A stretch of DNA of 52,097 nt. It comes from Minisyncoccota bacterium. Lineage in GTDB: Bacteria; Patescibacteriota; Minisyncoccia; UBA6257. This document shows, in pieces, positions 34,198 to 44,065 of this stretch. The notes under the pieces are model-generated. The model was not told where the DNA came from. It worked only from the letters and a program-made list of their open reading frames with translations, and did not search any database. Each line of letters begins with the position of its first letter. The stretch's first letter is position 1. The stretch covers positions 1-52,097 of the forward strand of contig JAQTTC010000002.1 of assembly GCA_028711005.1 (NCBI GenBank). The letters run 5' to 3'. The position numbers were made by a program, and so were the translations under genes.

Positions 34198-35469
34198 TTA
34201 ATACCCCTCTTCTTTTAAAATCTCTCTCGTTATTTCTCTATCATCAAAAGGAACTGTTTTAGCCCCATAATCCATAATTTTTTCATTCCCCCTACCTAAA
34301 ATAACAATCAAATCACCTTTTTTAGCCAATTTAATTGCTTTTCTAATTGCCTCTCTTCTTTTAGCAATAGCTATATATTTTTCTGTTGAAATATTTTCTT
34401 TCTTAACAAAATTCAAAAAATCATCAATACTTGGTTGTGGAGACAACTCTTGAGGGTCATCTTCAGTAATAATAGTTAAATCAAAAAAATCCGTTGCTAT
34501 TGTAGCTAATTTTTCTCTTTCTTCTCTTGGACTTTCTCCAAAATTTCCATAAACTGCAATCTTTCTCTTTACATTTAAAATTTTAATAAAATCTATTATA
34601 CCACAAAATGCAGCAGGTGTATTAGCCTTATCAACGATAACAGAGAATGGCTGCCCTTCTACTATATGCTCTAATCTTCCAGGAATACTCCTTATTTTTT
34701 CTAAACCTTTTTTAATTCCTTCAGAAGTAAAAGAAAACTTCTCAACTGCACCAATTGCAGCTAAGGCATTAAAAACATTAAAAACACCTGGCAAAGGCAA
34801 ATCAACAGAAAAAGAATCATTGTTATGATAAATAATAACTTTATTTTTCTCCTTGGTAATTTCTTCTATTTTAAGCCATAAATCACAACTTTTATCTTGT
34901 CCAAATTTAATAATCTTAGCCTTAGTATTTTTTGCAAATAAATTAAGATATTCATTTTCTTTAGGCAAAACAGCTATAGCTGTTTTTTTTAATTGTTGGA
35001 ATAATTTTAATTTTGAAAAAACATATTGCTCCATATTTCCATGAATAACCAAATGATGGTTATAAGAAATATTTGTCAAAACAGCTGCCGAAAAATTAAG
35101 ACCAAAGACCCTTTCATACATTAAGCCAAAAGAAGAAACTTCCATTACCACCACCTTTATTCCTTTTGTCTTCATCTTTTTTATTAAGAAATAAAGAAAA
35201 AACGGATCAGGCGTTGTCGATGGAGTATGTGCCTTTGGATAGATTATTTCATCACCAATATAAAAACCAGCTGTACTAATCAAACCAGTTTTTATACCAT
35301 TACTTTCTAAAATACTTTTTATCATAAAACAGGTTGTTGTCTTGCCAGTAGTTCCTGTCACTCCAATAATAGTTAGGTCTCGCCCAGGAAAACCAAATCT
35401 TAAATTAGCTAAAAAAGCAATTAATTTTCTAAGTAAAGAATTTCTTTTTATTTTTTCTAAAAAATTCAT
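34198..35469 (-). CDS. Mur ligase family protein, MurE-like, with truncated N-terminal domain
   Basis: P-loop GVTGTTGKTTT near residue 38 (counted from the ATG at 35469; residue 41 from the TTG track start). EVSSFGL, TNISYNHH, SKLKLF, and C-terminal GRGNEKIM...VPFDDRE. I chose the ATG at 35469 (MNFLEK); the track start at 35478 is a TTG. Confidence 0.75.
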   Translation of the reverse strand: MNFLEKIKRNSLLRKLIAFLANLRFGFPGRDLTIIGVTGTTGKTTTCFMIKSILESNGIKTGLISTAGFYIGDEIIYPKAHTPSTTPDPFFLYFLIKKMKTKGIKVVVMEVSSFGLMYERVFGLNFSAAVLTNISYNHHLVIHGNMEQYVFSKLKLFQQLKKTAIAVLPKENEYLNLFAKNTKAKIIKFGQDKSCDLWLKIEEITKEKNKVIIYHNNDSFSVDLPLPGVFNVFNALAAIGAVEKFSFTSEGIKKGLEKIRSIPGRLEHIVEGQPFSVIVDKANTPAAFCGIIDFIKILNVKRKIAVYGNFGESPREEREKLATIATDFFDLTIITEDDPQELSPQPSIDDFLNFVKKENISTEKYIAIAKRREAIRKAIKLAKKGDLIVILGRGNEKIMDYGAKTVPFDDREITREILKEEGY

Positions 35470-35489
35470 AGATAACAATTATTCAATCA

Positions 35490-36791
35490 CTATTTCAAAA
35501 ACTCTTTTAATCTTTTTGATTGAGCATGTTCTTTAAGCTTTTCTAATGTTTTTGCTTCAATTTGCCTTATTCTTTCTCTAGTGACTCCAAATGCTTTTCC
35601 TACCTCTTCTAATGTATGCGTCATTTCATCATTCAAACCAAATCTCATTTTAATTATCTCTCTCTCACGTTCAGATAATTCTTGCATAATCTTTTTTAAT
35701 TCATCTTTTAAAAGTTCTCGTGTAGCATGATTATCAGGGGTAATTGTTTTCGTATCAGAAATAAAATCAGCTAATTCACTTCCTCCATCCTCGTCTCCTA
35801 ATGGCTGATTTAAAGATGAAGTGCTTTGAGAAATCTGCATTAAATAAAGAATTTCTTCAACATCTTTTTCCATTTCAGCAGCTATTTCTTCTGGCAAAGG
35901 ATCTCTTCCTAAAACCTGAGCCAAAGATCTTCTAGTTTTTAAGTACTTAGTAATTGTTTCTACCATATGAACAGGAATTCTAATCGTTCGGCCTTGATCT
36001 GCTAAAGCTCGTGTAATTGCCTGTCTAATCCACCAAGTAGCATAAGTAGAAAATTTAAACCCTTTCTTGTAATTAAATTTATTAACCGCCTTAGAAAGAC
36101 CAATATTTCCTTCTTGAATTAAATCTAATAAATTTAAATTACTGCTTCTACCAATATATCTCTTAGCAATAGAAACTACTAAACGTAAATTAGCTTCAAT
36201 CATTTGTTTTCTTGCCTGTTCATCTCCTTCACTCACTTTTTTAGCTAAAGCCCTTTCTTCTTCTGGGTTCAATAAAGAGACTTTTCCTATTTCTCTCAAG
36301 TATGATTGAACAGCTCCTGACAAAACTGAGGGACCTGATATCTTTAAAGCATCTTTCAACTCTCTATCAGATACTTCCTTTTCCGGAATTAATAAATCTC
36401 CGCTTTCCATTACTTCAATATTAGATTCGGCTAAAGAATCATAAAGTTTTTCCAAAAATTCAATATCTTCCTCTACTCTCGGAAAATATTTTAAAACTTC
36501 ATCTTGAGTAATAAAGCCTCGTGATTTTCCTCTTTCTATCAATATTTTTATACCATCAACAATCTTTTTATCTTTAGGGACTTTTTTACTTTTTGAAGTA
36601 ACTTTTTTCTCTTTTATTTTCTTTATCTTTTTTTTCGTAGATCGAGGAGAAGTCTTTTTCTGTGTCTTTTTTTTAGAATTAATTTTCTTAACTTTTTTTA
36701 CACTCTTTGTCTTTCCTTTGGGTTTAATTTTAGATGCCTTTTTAATTTTTTTAATATCTTTTTTCTTTGGTGATTTCTTTTGTTTTTTCAT
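35490..36791 (-). CDS. rpoD: RNA polymerase primary sigma factor (sigma-70 family) with polybasic N-terminus
   Basis: Region 2 [41 protein letters not shown]. Region 4.2 [28 protein letters not shown]. The first 80 or so residues are almost entirely Lys/Ser/Thr/Pro. Confidence 0.93.
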   Translation of the reverse strand: MKKQKKSPKKKDIKKIKKASKIKPKGKTKSVKKVKKINSKKKTQKKTSPRSTKKKIKKIKEKKVTSKSKKVPKDKKIVDGIKILIERGKSRGFITQDEVLKYFPRVEEDIEFLEKLYDSLAESNIEVMESGDLLIPEKEVSDRELKDALKISGPSVLSGAVQSYLREIGKVSLLNPEEERALAKKVSEGDEQARKQMIEANLRLVVSIAKRYIGRSSNLNLLDLIQEGNIGLSKAVNKFNYKKGFKFSTYATWWIRQAITRALADQGRTIRIPVHMVETITKYLKTRRSLAQVLGRDPLPEEIAAEMEKDVEEILYLMQISQSTSSLNQPLGDEDGGSELADFISDTKTITPDNHATRELLKDELKKIMQELSEREREIIKMRFGLNDEMTHTLEEVGKAFGVTRERIRQIEAKTLEKLKEHAQSKRLKEFLK

Positions 36792-36829
36792 CTTTAATAT
36801 ATTAATTTTAAATAATCATCGACCAAATT

Positions 36830-38680
36830 TTAACTTAATAATTCTTTTGATAATTGATTAAATTTTTTAATCAACTCTTCTAAAACTTTCTTATTATTTT
36901 CTTTTTCTGCTATTTGGATTTCTTTTTCTATCTCGTTTAATTTATTTTTTATTGCTTCTCTTTTCAATTCTTTTAATTCTTTTAATAATTCTTCTTCAAA
37001 AGAAACTTTAAACTTTTCCACAATCTCTGTTTCGTAATCAGCTCTTAAGGCTAATTGATTTATTTTCTCAACCAAATTTTCTGATAAATTTAATCTTCTA
37101 AGATTTTCTCCGCATAACTCTTCTGAAGAAGAAATGTTTTTCATTATTTCAAAAATCTTCTGAAAACTTTGAGGAAAATATTCTTCATAATCCAAAGCTT
37201 CTTTTATTAATGATGGAAATTTTATTAAAAAAGAAATGATTCTTTCTGCTATTCCTTCTATTCGTGGCTGAAGCTGAGTAGTTGGGAATTGATATAAAGA
37301 CTCATCTTTATCTATAATTTCTGTTAAGGAACTCTCTTTTGAAATCCTATTTAATTCATCTCCTAAAGCCTGTTCAGAAATATTTAAAAAACGAGAAAGT
37401 TTATTAAGCCAAAATGACCTATCTAATGCATTAGTTAATTTTTTAATTTTTGGAAGGAAATATGAAGCTATTGCTTTTTTCCCTTCAATATTACTTTCAT
37501 TCCCAATTTTTTGAGCTCTTTCAAAATAAAAATCCATTATTGACTCAGCTTGCTTTATTAATTTATCTTTCCCTTTTCTTTCTTTATTTAAAAGATAATC
37601 GGCCAAATCTTTTCCTTCTTCTAATCGAAGAATTTTTACACTAAATTCTTTAGCTAATGCTAATTCAATAGTCCTTTCTGCTGCTCCCTCCCCTGCTTCA
37701 TCCATATCAAAACCTAAAATTAAAGTATTGTTATATCTTTTAAGAATTTTTAATTGATAAGGGGTTAAAGCTGTTCCAGAAGTAGCAATTGTATTTTTAA
37801 TTCCTTCCTGCCAAGCAGCTAAAAAATCCATTTGACCCTCTACTAATAAAGTCTCTTCTTCTGAATGTAAATAAGGTTTACTTTTAGAAAGTCCGTAAAG
37901 AACAGTACTTTTATCAAAAATTAAAGTTTGAGGACTATTTACGTATTTACCAATTCTTTCAATATCTTTAATTGTTTTTAATGGTTGTTTTCCTTGAAAA
38001 ACTCTACCAGTAAAACCTACTATTTGTTGAGAAGGATTATCTATTGGAAACATGATTCGAGCACGGAAACGATCATATATATCTTTTTCTTGTATTACAT
38101 ATTCTGTTTTCTGTGATTTACTACTAATATTAATCGGCTCTTTTTTAGAAATAGCTAAGCCAGCAGCTACTATTTCTTCTGGCTTGAATCCCTTTTTAGT
38201 TAAAAAGCTGCTAAGGACCTGCCAATCATCTAAAGCCCAACCAAGATGAAATTCCTTTATTGTTTCATCTTTTAATCCTCTCTGATGTAAATACTCAACT
38301 ACTTCTTTATTCTGCCATAGATTCTTTTCAAAAAAACTAACTGCTTCCTTGTTAATATCAATTAATCTTTGCTTTTGAGAACGAGCTTGAGGGCTTTCTT
38401 GAATTAATCTTACTCCTGCTTTCTTAGCTAACATCTCTAAAGCTTCCTTAAATTCAATATTCTCAATCTTCATTACAAAAGTAAAAATATCTCCTCCAGT
38501 GTTACATCCAAAACAATGCCAAATTTGACGAGCTGGAGAAACAAGAAAAGAAGGAGTTTTCTCCTTATGAAAAGGACAAAGAGCTTTATAATTAGCTCCT
38601 ACTTTTTGTAATTTCAAATACTGACCAATGACTTCGACAATATCTAGTTTGTTTTTAATTTCTTCTGAAGGCGACAACAT
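36830..38680 (-). CDS. dnaG: DNA primase
   Basis: Zinc finger CPFHKEKTPSFLVSPARQIWHCFGCNTGGD, RNA-polymerase core, and TOPRIM LLVEGQMDFLA ... GFDMDEAG. Classic rpoD-dnaG adjacency. Confidence 0.93.
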   Translation of the reverse strand: MLSPSEEIKNKLDIVEVIGQYLKLQKVGANYKALCPFHKEKTPSFLVSPARQIWHCFGCNTGGDIFTFVMKIENIEFKEALEMLAKKAGVRLIQESPQARSQKQRLIDINKEAVSFFEKNLWQNKEVVEYLHQRGLKDETIKEFHLGWALDDWQVLSSFLTKKGFKPEEIVAAGLAISKKEPINISSKSQKTEYVIQEKDIYDRFRARIMFPIDNPSQQIVGFTGRVFQGKQPLKTIKDIERIGKYVNSPQTLIFDKSTVLYGLSKSKPYLHSEEETLLVEGQMDFLAAWQEGIKNTIATSGTALTPYQLKILKRYNNTLILGFDMDEAGEGAAERTIELALAKEFSVKILRLEEGKDLADYLLNKERKGKDKLIKQAESIMDFYFERAQKIGNESNIEGKKAIASYFLPKIKKLTNALDRSFWLNKLSRFLNISEQALGDELNRISKESSLTEIIDKDESLYQFPTTQLQPRIEGIAERIISFLIKFPSLIKEALDYEEYFPQSFQKIFEIMKNISSSEELCGENLRRLNLSENLVEKINQLALRADYETEIVEKFKVSFEEELLKELKELKREAIKNKLNEIEKEIQIAEKENNKKVLEELIKKFNQLSKELLS

Positions 38681-38686
38681 ATTAAT

Positions 38687-39052
38687 TTAAATTAATGCAA
38701 AAATTTTAGGAAGAAAAATTATCGCTCCAAAGACTAAAGCCGTTAAGCAAGCAATAAAGACAGAACCAGCAATAATATCTTTAATTTCTTTAATTTTTGG
38801 AGATCTATTTGGTTCTATAAAATCTAGGGTTGTTTCCATCACTGTATTAAGCATTTCCAAACTGAGAATAAAACCAATTATAACAATTAAAAGCAGCCAT
38901 TCAAAATATGATATTTTTAACCAAAAACCAAAACCTATGCTCCCAATGGCTAGAAGAGTCATTAAGAAAAAATTTTGTTGAGAAATACCATATTTTATTC
39001 CTTCAAAGGCATTAAAAATACTCCAAATTAATCTTCTTAAATAAATTTTCAT
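38687..39052 (-). CDS. dgkA: diacylglycerol/undecaprenol kinase (DgkA family)
   Basis: 121-aa protein with three TM helices. SIFNAFEGIKYG amphipathic head and EMLNTVMETTLD block. Confidence 0.8.
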   Translation of the reverse strand: MKIYLRRLIWSIFNAFEGIKYGISQQNFFLMTLLAIGSIGFGFWLKISYFEWLLLIVIIGFILSLEMLNTVMETTLDFIEPNRSPKIKEIKDIIAGSVFIACLTALVFGAIIFLPKIFALI

Positions 39053-39060
39053 AGAATATT

Positions 39061-40158
39061 TTAGTTATAAGAAAATCTAAGTTTATTCTTTTCATTATGA
39101 CTTTCTATTGCTAATTGCACAAGCTTATCTAAAAGCTTGGAATATTTTATTCCAGAAACTTCCCATAGTTTAGGATACATACTAATTTGAGTAAATCCTG
39201 GAATTGTATTTACTTCATTCACTATTAATTGACCATTCGATTTTAAAAAACAGTCTATTCGCGCCATCCCTTTTAATTCTAAAGCCTTAAAAGTCTCAAT
39301 GCTTAATTTCTGTATTTGAGCAATTTGTTTTTTATCTAAAGGAGCAGGCACCAATAGCTTTGCTTCATGTTCATCCAAATACTTCGCTTTATAAGAATAA
39401 AAATCAACTGATTTAATCTCACCAGGCAAAGAAGCCTTCGGATTGTCGTTACCTAAAACAGAACATTCTATTTCTCTTCCTTTAACAAATTTTTCAATTA
39501 TAATTTTATGATCATACTGAAAAGCTTCTTTAATTGCCCTTTTAACATCTTTTTTAGAACAAACTTTAGTAATACCAACTGAAGAACCTAATGATACTGG
39601 TTTTATAAATAAAGGAAAATCAAATTGTTTTATTGCTGTTTTAATTTTTTCTTCTTTTTCTTTTAACGAATCTTCTCTTTTAATGATAACAAATTTTGTC
39701 ACCGGGATTTTATCAATCATTAATATTTTTTTTGTTACTTCCTTGTCCATACCTACGGCTGAACCAATTACATTAGCCCCTACATAAGGAACATCTAAAA
39801 GTTCAAAAAACCCTTGTAAGCACCCATCTTCACCATATGTACCATGAATTAAAGGAAAGAAAATATTTATCTTTGTTATTATCTTTTTTTTCTTTAAACT
39901 TAAAATTTGACTACCATTTTTAGATTTTAACAGAACAATTTCCTCTAAATGTGGTTTTAATTTCCACAGAAGATCTCGAGTATCAACCAAGTCTTTAAAA
40001 TTACGACCAAAAAACCAATTACCTTTTTTATCAATGGCTAAAATCACTACCTGATATTTTTTCTTATCTAAATTGTTATAAACATAAAAAGCTGAGCGCA
40101 AAGAAACTTCATGCTCACCACTTTTACCTCCACAAACAACTGCTATTGTTTTTTTCAT
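39061..40158 (-). CDS. ddl: D-alanine--D-alanine ligase
   Basis: CGGKSGEHEVSLRSA, HGTYGEDGCLQGFFELLDVPYVG, and ATP-grasp C-terminal ARIDCFL...NEVNTIPGFT. Confidence 0.93.
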   Translation of the reverse strand: MKKTIAVVCGGKSGEHEVSLRSAFYVYNNLDKKKYQVVILAIDKKGNWFFGRNFKDLVDTRDLLWKLKPHLEEIVLLKSKNGSQILSLKKKKIITKINIFFPLIHGTYGEDGCLQGFFELLDVPYVGANVIGSAVGMDKEVTKKILMIDKIPVTKFVIIKREDSLKEKEEKIKTAIKQFDFPLFIKPVSLGSSVGITKVCSKKDVKRAIKEAFQYDHKIIIEKFVKGREIECSVLGNDNPKASLPGEIKSVDFYSYKAKYLDEHEAKLLVPAPLDKKQIAQIQKLSIETFKALELKGMARIDCFLKSNGQLIVNEVNTIPGFTQISMYPKLWEVSGIKYSKLLDKLVQLAIESHNEKNKLRFSYN

Positions 40159-40161
40159 TAT

Positions 40162-41709
40162 TTAATTATCTTGATGAAAAATATTCTTAATTATATTTTT
40201 AATTTCTCCTTGATTTGGTTGTACTTTAGGTTTTGATGGTTTCATTGTTTCAGATCCTGGATTTTTGTTCTGAGCTCTTTTTATTTCCCGAAAACAATCT
40301 TCACAATAAACAGGTCTAGAAGGATCAGGCTTAAAAGGAACAATGATTCTTTTACCGCACTGAGAGCAAGTTGCTTCCCAACCTTCTTTAGTTCCAAACT
40401 TCTCATCTCTTGATTTTGTCTCTCTACTAGGAGAAAAATCTAAAAGCTCCCAATGAGCAATGTTTCTTTCTACTTCTTGCCGTGGAGCAGAATATTGATT
40501 TCGGGAATATTCTATTATTTCTTGAATGTAAGATTTTTGAGGCAAACTTGATGGAGGAATATTCATAGCTGAAAAACTCTTAGATAAAACCCCGTCAATC
40601 ATTAACTTTATATAAAAATTATAATTAGGAAGGTTTATTAAATCTTCTTTAACAAATTCAGGGGCAAAATATTTTTCTAAAAATTCTGCATCTTCAGGAC
40701 CCAACCTAAAAGAAACTAAGGTACCAATATTACCAAAAATTGAATCTTTAACTTTTTCATTAAGCTGAGCAATATATTGATGAGCTAAAGCTAAATTTAA
40801 ACGATATTTTCTAGCTTCAGCAAAAATATTAGCAAATGATTCAGTAGAAAAATTTTGAAATTCATCTACATACAAATAAAAATCTTTTCTTTGTTCTTCT
40901 AAAATCTCTACTCTCTCCATAGCTGCTAATTGTATCTTTGTAATTAAAAGAGCACCTAATAGAGTAGAATTATCTTCGCCAACCAATCCTTTGGATAAAT
41001 TAGCTAAAAGAATCTTTCCTCCGTTCATAATTTCTTTAATATCAATCTTTGGTTCTTTTTGTCCAATAATATTTCTAATCAAAGGATTTGAAATAAACTG
41101 ACCTACTTTATTTTGAATTGGAGCAATTGCTTCTGTAGCAAAACGAGTGTTATAACGAGCAAATTCTCTTTCCCAAAAAGATCTTACTATTGGATCAGTT
41201 ACTTTTTTCATTACTGCCTGGCGAAAATCTTCATCAGCTAATAAACGATTAATACTTAATAAAGTTGAATCTGGGTATTCTAATAAGGCTAATAAGGCGT
41301 TATTCAAAATATATTCCATTCTTGCTGACCAAACATCAGGCCAAATCTTTTTAAAAACTCCCATCAATCCAGCAACAACTAAATGACGATGTTCCAAAGG
41401 AACATTTTCAATTACGTTAAAAGCAATCGGCCATTCAACATCACCAGGATTAAAATAGATAACATCTTTTATTCTATTCTCTGGAATAAAATAAAGGATA
41501 CGATTAACTAACTCTCCGTGAGGATCAATTACTCCAACACCTTTTCCATTATTAATATCCTGAATAATCATATTTTCCATCATTGTTGTCTTTCCAACGC
41601 CACTCTTTCCTACAAAATACATATGCCGACGTCGATCATCAGGCTTAATACCAAATCTTTGGTATTCATCTCTAAAATTTGTTATTCCGATATAATTTAT
41701 GTCTTCCAT
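40162..41709 (-). CDS. TraD/TraG/VirD4-like (type IV coupling protein-like) P-loop ATPase, no TM anchor, C-terminal zinc ribbon
   Basis: Walker A FVGKSGVGKTT, Walker B FYLYVDEFQNF, ARKYRLNLALAHQYIAQL block. No hydrophobic N-terminus. C-terminal CSQCGKRIIVPFKPDPSRPVYCEDC (CxxC-x17-CxxC). Confidence 0.75.
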   Translation of the reverse strand: MEDINYIGITNFRDEYQRFGIKPDDRRRHMYFVGKSGVGKTTMMENMIIQDINNGKGVGVIDPHGELVNRILYFIPENRIKDVIYFNPGDVEWPIAFNVIENVPLEHRHLVVAGLMGVFKKIWPDVWSARMEYILNNALLALLEYPDSTLLSINRLLADEDFRQAVMKKVTDPIVRSFWEREFARYNTRFATEAIAPIQNKVGQFISNPLIRNIIGQKEPKIDIKEIMNGGKILLANLSKGLVGEDNSTLLGALLITKIQLAAMERVEILEEQRKDFYLYVDEFQNFSTESFANIFAEARKYRLNLALAHQYIAQLNEKVKDSIFGNIGTLVSFRLGPEDAEFLEKYFAPEFVKEDLINLPNYNFYIKLMIDGVLSKSFSAMNIPPSSLPQKSYIQEIIEYSRNQYSAPRQEVERNIAHWELLDFSPSRETKSRDEKFGTKEGWEATCSQCGKRIIVPFKPDPSRPVYCEDCFREIKRAQNKNPGSETMKPSKPKVQPNQGEIKNIIKNIFHQDN

Positions 41710-41721
41710 AAAAATTAATTT

Positions 41722-42945
41722 TTATCCTGTTGGTAATCCTATTGGTGGCTCTCCTTTCTTGCTTAAGACTCTAGTAAGAACTGGGGTTTTCATTTGCATT
41801 GTTGGAAAATGATAAATTGTTGCTAATTCTTCTGGCGTTAAAATCATTGATTTTTTCTCTGGTTTTCTTTTAGAAGCTGCCTGGTAAAAATTTCTTTTTT
41901 TAAGAAATGCTCTTCTTGTTTTAAATAACTTTGCTTTACTTTCTGTTGTAGCTTCTTTATTAACTTTAAAAGCATTTAAGTTCTTAGAATTAAACTGCTT
42001 TAAGAAAGCCATAAAACCAATAGCTTTTGATTCATTAAAAATTTTATTAGGAGCAACATAGATCACTCTAATCCCTGTCTTAAAAGACAATTGATTTATT
42101 TTTTTATCAATAGCATTAATTATTTCCTTTTTTCCTGAAGAGACTTCTTTTGGAGAATCTTCTTTTTTTTCTCCTTCTCCTGGCCAAACTGGAGCTACTG
42201 CTATTGCCACTAAAAGATTTTTAATAAAAGCTGCTATCCATTCTGGCCAAGTAGCTGCTTTTTTCTCTTTTTTCCCTAATAATTTATCTGTTTCTTTTTT
42301 TCCTTCTTCTGCTAATTTTTTCTCTTCATCCTCAGATAAAGGCTTAAGAAAGATTTGAAAAATACACCATTCTGATCTTTCTAAACTACCAAAAGTTTCT
42401 GCTAAACTAGCCATAGGGTCAATTCTTCTTTCTTCTTTTTTTTCTTCGAAATATGAATAAGTTTTAATCGGATAACAATTTGCTTTATTAAAAATAATTT
42501 CTGTTCCCCATAAATTAAGTTCTTTGTTAGGTAAATTTGGAGCTACACTTAAAAAATAATCATCAATTTCTTTTAACTCTATTTCTGGATATTGAGAATA
42601 AAATTGAGAAATTACCAAGTTTTTATATTCTTTAGGAGCCCGAATAATAAAATGTATTTCTCGATTAATACCAACTATCTCTAAACAAATACACCCTTTT
42701 TCAATAACACTCAAGCTATTAAATACCTGCTCCATTGCTTTTGGAGTTTGTAAAATTTCACGATTAATCTTTGCCTCTAAAATTACCCAGTCTTTTGGTT
42801 CTTTTTTTTCTTTCTTTACTTTTTTTTGATATTCTCTTCTTAAATTAATATAAAATCGCCCTAAAATAATCAGGGCAATAAGCCACCAAAACTCCCGGAA
42901 AATCTCCAAGAAAAAAAATGAAACTTCTTTTAAAAAGTAAGGCAT
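41722..42945 (-). CDS. hypothetical N-terminally anchored membrane protein partnered with the coupling-ATPase-like gene
   Basis: 407 aa with a single N-terminal TM helix (FWWLIALIILGRFYI). A Lys/Glu-rich soluble body carries a second hydrophobic patch (WIAAFIKNLLVAIAVAPVW). The start overlaps the upstream stop as TAATG. No family recognised. Confidence 0.7.
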   Translation of the reverse strand: MPYFLKEVSFFFLEIFREFWWLIALIILGRFYINLRREYQKKVKKEKKEPKDWVILEAKINREILQTPKAMEQVFNSLSVIEKGCICLEIVGINREIHFIIRAPKEYKNLVISQFYSQYPEIELKEIDDYFLSVAPNLPNKELNLWGTEIIFNKANCYPIKTYSYFEEKKEERRIDPMASLAETFGSLERSEWCIFQIFLKPLSEDEEKKLAEEGKKETDKLLGKKEKKAATWPEWIAAFIKNLLVAIAVAPVWPGEGEKKEDSPKEVSSGKKEIINAIDKKINQLSFKTGIRVIYVAPNKIFNESKAIGFMAFLKQFNSKNLNAFKVNKEATTESKAKLFKTRRAFLKKRNFYQAASKRKPEKKSMILTPEELATIYHFPTMQMKTPVLTRVLSKKGEPPIGLPTG

Positions 42946-44057
42946 TAAACCTCAAGTATTTTATACGACTTTACTAAAGTATAACACTTATTCGGCAATT
43001 TCTTAAAATATTTTTTATTATGAAGATTAAGAATAATAGTATTATCTTTAGCCATTCTTCTGTTTTTTACTTCTTTAATAATTTCTTCTTGTTTTAAAGG
43101 TTTTCCTGCTTCTTTCAAAACATCCTGGATAACATTAACTATTTTACCTGGTTTATACCCTCTTTCTTTAAGAGCATAAATACCTCGGCCAATTAAAACA
43201 AACCTTGAGTCTCTAATTAATTCATTGTGAACTGTTTGAACACAAACTCTTTTTTGCCAAGAGTGAGAAGACAAACGAGGATAAACCGGAGATTTATTTA
43301 TTTCATTTAATAATTTTGTAATCTTTGAAAAATGCAATGGTTCTTCAGCGTGCTTCATTGCTAAATATGCTCTGTCTCGAGCTCCTGAAGGATCAATCTC
43401 TGCCCAATTAAATAAACCATATTCTCCAAAAGGATTCATTCCAATCTTTTTAGATATTCTAAAATAGGCTTGTAACTCTTCTTCATTTGTGCTAGAAGAC
43501 ATATTTTTTTTAGCCCAAGACAAGATCTCTTCTAATAAACAAGCTTTCTTTCTATCCTTTAAATATTTTTCTAATACTTTGATATTTTTATTAATCTTAT
43601 CTTTAGAAAGATTAGTGAAATGCCAAAAACTATAATTTAATCTATTCTCTTCTTCTCTTATAAAATCAGGATTAAGAATTAATAAAAATTTAATTGCTGA
43701 AAGATTTCCTTTAGATTCATTTTTAGCACCAAAACTTCTATCTATTTTTTTAAGAAATTCTTCCTCTTCTTCTAATCCTCCACTTTTTTTTAAGAGCAAC
43801 TTGCTTGTATTAAAAAAACCACCGACCATTTCTGAAAGCGGTTGTTTTCGAATAGTTTTTAAAGCTGCTTCTATAATTTGCCTCACTCTTTCCCGAGTAA
43901 TTGTATAATCCCGACCCACTGCTTCTAATGTTTTAGGCTTATTATCATCTAGTCCAAATCTTTTTCTAACAATACTCTGAGTTCGGGAAGGAAGAATAGC
44001 AATAATTTGTAAAGATAATTGCTGAGGGTTATTTTGATTTAAAAATTCTTTATTCAT
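42945..44057 (-). CDS. DNA-binding protein: sigma-70 region-4-like HTH followed by two HARE-HTH-like winged helices
   Basis: RKRFGLDDNKPKTLEAVGRDYTITRERVRQIIEAALKTIRK matches the sigma region 4.2 pattern, but no region 2 or 3 is present. ARDRAYLAMKHAEEPLHFSKI...RFVLIGRGIYALKE and IVNVIQDVLKEAGKPLKQEEIIKEV resemble HARE-HTH. Confidence 0.7.
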   Translation of the reverse strand: MNKEFLNQNNPQQLSLQIIAILPSRTQSIVRKRFGLDDNKPKTLEAVGRDYTITRERVRQIIEAALKTIRKQPLSEMVGGFFNTSKLLLKKSGGLEEEEEFLKKIDRSFGAKNESKGNLSAIKFLLILNPDFIREEENRLNYSFWHFTNLSKDKINKNIKVLEKYLKDRKKACLLEEILSWAKKNMSSSTNEEELQAYFRISKKIGMNPFGEYGLFNWAEIDPSGARDRAYLAMKHAEEPLHFSKITKLLNEINKSPVYPRLSSHSWQKRVCVQTVHNELIRDSRFVLIGRGIYALKERGYKPGKIVNVIQDVLKEAGKPLKQEEIIKEVKNRRMAKDNTIILNLHNKKYFKKLPNKCYTLVKSYKILEV

Positions 44058-44065
44058 GTTTATTA

